In this document: positions 34,710-39,415 of the stretch, piece after piece
Layout: each line of letters opens with the position of its first letter
Position numbering within the stretch: position 1 is the first letter of the stretch
Origin: Candidatus Woesearchaeota archaeon
GTDB taxonomy: Archaea > Nanobdellota > Nanobdellia > SCGC-AAA011-G17 > JACPIM01
Assembly: GCA_964584825.1 (NCBI GenBank)
Contig: CAZPBI010000001.1
Coordinates: 6,700-46,114, forward strand
Reading direction: 5' to 3'
DNA length: 39,415 nucleotides
Program-made: the position numbers and the translations under genes
Notes under the pieces: model-generated
What the model was told of the DNA's origin: nothing
The model's database searches: none
The model's input: the letters and a program-made list of their open reading frames with translations, nothing else

Positions 34710-35621
34710 TTAATTATAAATTAAGCTAGAATAAGATTCTGGAACATCATCTACAAATTTCCTAGCGCCTTCATATGTTTTGGGGTGTGAAATAAGATTA
34801 GGTAAATATTCGTCCAATGCTTCTTTAAATACATTATACGGTAGTGATGCGATATCTGAACCTACACTCCATAATTCCTCTACTTGTTTAACATTTCTTA
34901 CACTTGCAGCTAGAATTTTAGTATTATTTCTTAAATTTCTTTTATCAAATTCCTCAATAATTTTCTCAACCAAGTTTACTCCACTAACAACACCATTATC
35001 ATTAATTATATACTCATCAATATGCTTTCCCTTTGCAGGATAATAGTCTAATTTATTAAAAGAAATATTCAGCATACTTTCCCTAAGGTAATCATCGATT
35101 CTCCCAACAAATGGACTTACATAATTAGCTCCTGCGTATGCTGCTAAAACTGCTTGTGAAGGTTTCATAATCAAAGTTGTATTTACAGGTATATTTTTAT
35201 TCGATAGATCTCTAATTGCTTTTAAGCCATAGAAGGCATATTCTTTAATATTTTTATAAGCCGGGTTTATAGGTATTTTAATAACTACATTATTGTTTAT
35301 AGTGTTAAATTTCTCGTATAATAATATCCCTTCATCATACAATTCAGTAAAATAAGGATTTTTTCCTGTTACTTGTAAACTTACAGGAATTCTTCCAGCT
35401 GCATCTAATATTCCTATTATATAATCTTCAATGCCATCGCCTTTACTTAGATTTATTTTATGCATATTAACATTATCCGCAATACCTATTAGCGAATTAA
35501 TTAACCCCTGTGCTAAAGCATCTTTTAATAACGAAGGGTTTGTTGTAATACCTCCAAGTATCCCTGTTTTATTAATTTCATCAATTTCTGATAATTTGCT
35601 AGAATCGATAAAAAATTGCAT
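34710..35621 (-). CDS. Transaldolase / fructose-6-phosphate aldolase family protein (extended, 303 aa)
   Basis: MQFFIDSS...GGITTNPSLL, Schiff-base Lys block VVIKIP, and YVSPFVGRIDD. Confidence 0.7.
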   Translation of the reverse strand: MQFFIDSSKLSEIDEINKTGILGGITTNPSLLKDALAQGLINSLIGIADNVNMHKINLSKGDGIEDYIIGILDAAGRIPVSLQVTGKNPYFTELYDEGILLYEKFNTINNNVVIKIPINPAYKNIKEYAFYGLKAIRDLSNKNIPVNTTLIMKPSQAVLAAYAGANYVSPFVGRIDDYLRESMLNISFNKLDYYPAKGKHIDEYIINDNGVVSGVNLVEKIIEEFDKRNLRNNTKILAASVRNVKQVEELWSVGSDIASLPYNVFKEALDEYLPNLISHPKTYEGARKFVDDVPESYSSLIYN

Positions 35622-35684
35622 AATTTAAAAGATTAATTTTGTTATTTAAAAATATCGCAAGCATGAAATAATAACAACTGTATA

Positions 35685-36122
35685 CTATTTCCAATAATAT
35701 AATCTAATTACTTTTTCATTCGTTCCATTTCCACTTAGAAATATGGTAGAAGTAAAAACAGATTTATCCTTGGATATTACATTGGCTTCATCATCTTTCA
35801 AGCAGCTCAAAGATTTGTTACAAATTTCACATGTAAATCCATAACCAATAGGCAATTCTCCTAATATTGTTTTGTTTAAATCAACACCACACATCGGATG
35901 TTTCATGCACTCCCCAGTATAATCAGAATAAACAGCACAGTTCCTAATATTTTCATTTAAAGCAAATTGATTTAATATATTATTTTGCGATTCAAAAATC
36001 AATGTAGTAAAACCAGTATTTACATTAATAACTTTGGAATTTACAAAAAGCACAATACCAAATAATAAAACTATAGCCATTAATGCCTCCAATATTCTTA
36101 AATAACCCTTATTATTCACCAT
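35685..36122 (-). CDS. Archaeal type IV pilin-like protein (class III signal peptide)
   Basis: MVNNKG|YLRILEALMAIVLLFGIVLFV has a K-G cleavage-type motif followed by a hydrophobic helix. Cys-containing extracellular domain. Last gene of the pilus operon. Confidence 0.55.
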   Translation of the reverse strand: MVNNKGYLRILEALMAIVLLFGIVLFVNSKVINVNTGFTTLIFESQNNILNQFALNENIRNCAVYSDYTGECMKHPMCGVDLNKTILGELPIGYGFTCEICNKSLSCLKDDEANVISKDKSVFTSTIFLSGNGTNEKVIRLYYWK

Positions 36123-36901
36123 ACCCTAAATACAATATCAACTGGCAATACAGTACCATTATCCATTACAACAAATGTTTTAACCACTTTTACAAAAACA
36201 TCAGCTTGTTCAAATGGTTCAGCTGTTTTATAATTTATGTCTAAATCACTACTGTTTATCCAAAATTCATTATTGCTAGGAAATTTCCAATTTGATTTAA
36301 TCTTATCTACCACAAAATAAGGGTCATTAAAATTTAATTTTTCTTCATTTATCCCATCTATCCTTCCAGAACCACCTAAACCAAATTCGCAGTTTCCATC
36401 AAAGTTTTGATTAAGTAAATCATTAGAACTACATGAAACATTTATATTTACTTTATCATATTCTTTAGATGTTTTATTAGTATAAATAATATAAAATACA
36501 GCCGCTTCATCACTAGTTATATAAAAATGTTCATTTGGTTTGCTCTCAGAATAACCAATATCGCATTTAACCTGATAATTATGTAAATCATTTACATCTA
36601 TAGGCTCCTTTGTAGTTTTATTCCTAAATTCAATAAAAGACATACTCCAATTTTGAAAATAGATATCTATGAAATAGTTTATACCTAAACTATCTCTATG
36701 GCAATTTTTAACAAATAACGGAGTAGTTTTAACTTCCCATGTAAAATTCTCATTAAACTTTTCTACTAAATTATTAATTAATATAGATTTATCAGTTTCC
36801 TCTTTCTCTAGTGGCCTAAAAAAAGTAAATATTGCTATTATACCGACAATAAAAAACCCCATACTTATTATCCAATCTACATGAACATCCCCTTTATCCA
36901 T
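36116..36901 (-). CDS. Pilus-associated membrane-anchored protein (possible minor pilin)
   Basis: MDKG|DVHVDWIISMGFFIVGIIAIFTFF N-terminus. Start and stop overlap both neighbours (coupled operon). No family recognised. Confidence 0.4.
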   Translation of the reverse strand: MDKGDVHVDWIISMGFFIVGIIAIFTFFRPLEKEETDKSILINNLVEKFNENFTWEVKTTPLFVKNCHRDSLGINYFIDIYFQNWSMSFIEFRNKTTKEPIDVNDLHNYQVKCDIGYSESKPNEHFYITSDEAAVFYIIYTNKTSKEYDKVNINVSCSSNDLLNQNFDGNCEFGLGGSGRIDGINEEKLNFNDPYFVVDKIKSNWKFPSNNEFWINSSDLDINYKTAEPFEQADVFVKVVKTFVVMDNGTVLPVDIVFRVW

Positions 36902-37773
36902 TAAATGCCACCCTTTATAGTGGTTATTATTAAAGCGGATAAAGTCATCAATATTAATGAATGTAATAATCCTTGCCTTAAACTGCCTTCGCTAAATTTT
37001 CCAACCATTATTCCTGCAAAAAATCCCTGAATTAATACTAAAGCAAAAAATATAAAACTCAAATTAGCAGGATCTCCTTTTTGGAAAAATTTGGTTGCAC
37101 CAAATAAGCCTGTTAGTCCAAATTGGTCCTGTTCAGATGGCAAATCTAAAGACCCTTGCAATAAAGGAAATAACCAAAGTTGCAAAACAAGCATTATACC
37201 TATAAAAACAAAAAAGACAATATATCCTTGTACAATTTGTGAATAAACACTTATTTTTCTTTCTTCTTTCATCTTCTTAACATTTACAGCAGATGTAGCA
37301 ACAGCATCTAAAATACTCTCAATATCACCACCAGATTCATCCGCTTCTATAATTATAGATATAGATCTTCTAACTACTTCATTTCCAGTATCATTAGCAA
37401 AAGTAACTAATGCTTTATGCAAAGGTATCCCCCACTCTAACTGCCTAGCTAATTTCTTAACATAAGGACTTAATGTCCCATAATTTTCTTCAGAAACATT
37501 AACAATACCCCTTGTTATAGTAACCCCGGACCTTACATTACCGACCAAATTTCTAACAAATTCAACAAATTTTAATTCTAATTCCCTTTGTCTTTTAACC
37601 TCAGCAAAAAAATCTAGCCAAAATTGAGACCAGCCAATTGTAATAGCTAAAACTATTATGGCAAAAAACCATCTTTTAAGATCAAAATATACATACAAAT
37701 ATGTGTCTATGATTATCAAAACTAATCCGATTAATATCCCGATCCAATATTTTTGTTTAAATTCTAAATTCAT
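36901..37773 (-). CDS. T2SSF-domain pilus platform protein (TadC/EpdK-like)
   Basis: 290 aa. N-terminal TM pair, cytoplasmic helical domain (LARQLEWGIPLHKALVTFANDTGNEVVRRSISIIIEADESGGDI) and C-terminal TMs, which is a single T2SSF unit. Confidence 0.65.
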   Translation of the reverse strand: MNLEFKQKYWIGILIGLVLIIIDTYLYVYFDLKRWFFAIIVLAITIGWSQFWLDFFAEVKRQRELELKFVEFVRNLVGNVRSGVTITRGIVNVSEENYGTLSPYVKKLARQLEWGIPLHKALVTFANDTGNEVVRRSISIIIEADESGGDIESILDAVATSAVNVKKMKEERKISVYSQIVQGYIVFFVFIGIMLVLQLWLFPLLQGSLDLPSEQDQFGLTGLFGATKFFQKGDPANLSFIFFALVLIQGFFAGIMVGKFSEGSLRQGLLHSLILMTLSALIITTIKGGI

Positions 37774-38819
37774 TATGACTCCGGTTGTATGAAATTTAAA
37801 AATATTATAAACACAACATTCAAAAATGGAATAACAAAAAAAGTCCCGATAAAGGCAATAACATTAGCACTAACACCCAAAACAGAACCCCCGATAATAT
37901 TAATTATAGCTAAAGTAGTCATAAATAACAATGGGGCTGCAATTAAAATCCCAGTATAAATATCAGAATAAGTAGATAAGATTTCAACATACTTCTTCCT
38001 CTCTAACCTATAAGTTGTTAATGCATCATCTGCTTTTCCAGCAAGATACTTTCTTAAATCTCCCCCTGTTTCTAAAGTAGCTACAATACCGACTAATAAT
38101 TCCCTAAATCTCATACTTGGAGTTGTAATTGCAACATTTCTTAAAGCAGTAGTCAAATCATAGCCGAAAAGATTTACATAGTTAACAATCTTTCTTATTT
38201 CTCGCTCTAGCCCTTTATAGTCTCCTGTATTCAAAATTAAATTAAATATAGATATAGGTTGTGCTCCACTACCTGAAACTGCAGCCATATGTATTATTAC
38301 AAATGGTAAATCATCATTTATCTCCCTATTTCTACTTCTAGCAACCATTTCAGGATAAAAAAATGTAAATACTATAGTTCCAGATCCTAAAAGGAAAGAT
38401 ATGCCAATTCCTCTTATTAAGCCTATGATCAACCCTATTCCTAAAATATAATTAACAATCATTGTTATAATCAAAGTAGATAAAAATACTAAAAACGTAG
38501 TTAAGAATAGTATACTAACATAAGTCCTACTTAATAGCTTTATATCAGATCTTATTAAAGAGGTCTTTAAAACTTTATATTGGCTTGGAAAATTTATAAT
38601 AAAATAATCTACCAATCCTTGAAAAAATTTATTTGCAAATTTTCCATATTTGCTTGCTTCATAAATTGTATACTCTATCTCTCTCTTGTCTTCTATAATC
38701 TTTTTTCTTCTAATAAATCTTTTAATATCTTGTTTTGAAACATCTAATGATCCAAAATCTATGTACTTTTTTTCATCCCCTATAATTAGTTGAGGAACAG
38801 AAATTTTCTCTTTTCTCAT
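37773..38819 (-). CDS. T2SSF-domain pilus platform protein (TadB/EpdJ-like)
   Basis: 348 aa. TMs flank a cytoplasmic domain (DLTTALRNVAITTPSMRFRELLVGIVATLETGGDL), a second single T2SSF unit. Overlaps neighbours by 1 and 4 nt. Confidence 0.65.
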   Translation of the reverse strand: MRKEKISVPQLIIGDEKKYIDFGSLDVSKQDIKRFIRRKKIIEDKREIEYTIYEASKYGKFANKFFQGLVDYFIINFPSQYKVLKTSLIRSDIKLLSRTYVSILFLTTFLVFLSTLIITMIVNYILGIGLIIGLIRGIGISFLLGSGTIVFTFFYPEMVARSRNREINDDLPFVIIHMAAVSGSGAQPISIFNLILNTGDYKGLEREIRKIVNYVNLFGYDLTTALRNVAITTPSMRFRELLVGIVATLETGGDLRKYLAGKADDALTTYRLERKKYVEILSTYSDIYTGILIAAPLLFMTTLAIINIIGGSVLGVSANVIAFIGTFFVIPFLNVVFIIFLNFIQPES

Positions 38820-39415
38820 TTTATACCAAATTTCTTTAATACCAATTCTGGAGTTTTGTAATATCCATTAATTGCGTCCTGTACTTGTTTAAATCCGCCC
38901 ATATTTGATTGATACATTTTCATCAATAACAAAGTTCTTCTCTTAAATTCTAAGTCTAATCTTTCTTTTTTCACCCCGTATCTTGTAACTAACTTCTCAA
39001 ATATCTTACTGTTTGATCTGGAAAAAAATCTATCACTTCCAGGATCCCAGCTAAATGGCATGTTTGTTACAGCATGCCCGACCTCTTCTTGAATTTTTAA
39101 TATTTCAACAATCTCCCTTAATCTTCTTGAGGGTTTATCCTTAATTTTAGCTTGTGTCATAATGCAAACTGAATCTAAACTTTCTACTAAACTAGAACTT
39201 AAATTTATAGGCGGAGTTTCTAATCTTCTAATTAAAGTTCCAACATCTTCGGCATGCATCGTACTTAAACTTGGATGGCCTGAAGACATTCCCTGAAACA
39301 TTACGTACGTCTCGTTGCCCCTGACCTCGCGGACGATAACGTAATCCGGATTCTGTCTGAAACTCTCCTTCAGCAAATCGAACAGCGTGACCTCTCCGTA
39401 TTTCTCCCCAGTCGG
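38816..39415 (-). CDS. Type IV pilus/archaellum-type secretion ATPase (FlaI/TadA/EpdL-like), C-terminal part; 5' end outside window
   Basis: The frame stays open to the window edge (PTGEKYGEVTLFDLLKESFRQNPDYVIVREVRGNETYVMFQGMSSGHPSLSTMHA). This is the Walker B / His-box region of VirB11-PilB-family ATPases. Confidence 0.75.
   Translation of the reverse strand, partial: PTGEKYGEVTLFDLLKESFRQNPDYVIVREVRGNETYVMFQGMSSGHPSLSTMHAEDVGTLIRRLETPPINLSSSLVESLDSVCIMTQAKIKDKPSRRLREIVEILKIQEEVGHAVTNMPFSWDPGSDRFFSRSNSKIFEKLVTRYGVKKERLDLEFKRRTLLLMKMYQSNMGGFKQVQDAINGYYKTPELVLKKFGIK

Overview
Very AT-rich (about 30% GC or lower by eye), gene-dense archaeal chromosome segment. Lineage evidence is the set of archaea-specific genes: the L7Ae-S28e-L24e operon, L15e, TFE, RNase P Rpp21, RtcB plus archease, XPD, an Nre-like protein and class-III-signal pilins. 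Lys/Asn/Ile-rich proteins and short intergenic spacers fit a small-genome DPANN-type archaeon, but that placement is only an inference. I support about 47 CDS, one tRNA, one IS element and no rRNA or CRISPR. TAG, TGA and TAA all act as stops. Main points: (1) smc is interrupted exactly in its Walker A P-loop by a 332-aa intein-like insert that starts with Thr and has no recognisable homing-endonuclease motif. (2) tRNA-Trp(CCA) is 117 nt and needs the canonical 37/38 intron plus about 16 extra nt in the D-loop, probably a second intron. (3) rtcB, a COG0523 metallochaperone GTPase, archease and a PP2C-like phosphatase lie co-directionally, suggesting an undescribed metal-loading or regulatory module for the tRNA ligase. 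(4) The uncharacterised archaeal GTPase / DUF2073-like / Zn-ribbon trio is present but rearranged. (5) An Epd/Tad-like type IV pilus operon with two separate platform genes runs off the window end, where composition jumps abruptly to about 50% GC inside the ATPase gene. (6) An IS481-like element has imperfect 29-bp inverted repeats and a transposase broken by one in-frame TAG. It sits between gltX and the L7Ae operon. Other items are a six-repeat secreted protein, a large surface protein sharing a C-terminal cytoplasmic module with a nearby small membrane protein, and a higher-GC, Arg-rich two-gene patch. All family names come from motif recognition by eye; no searches were run.
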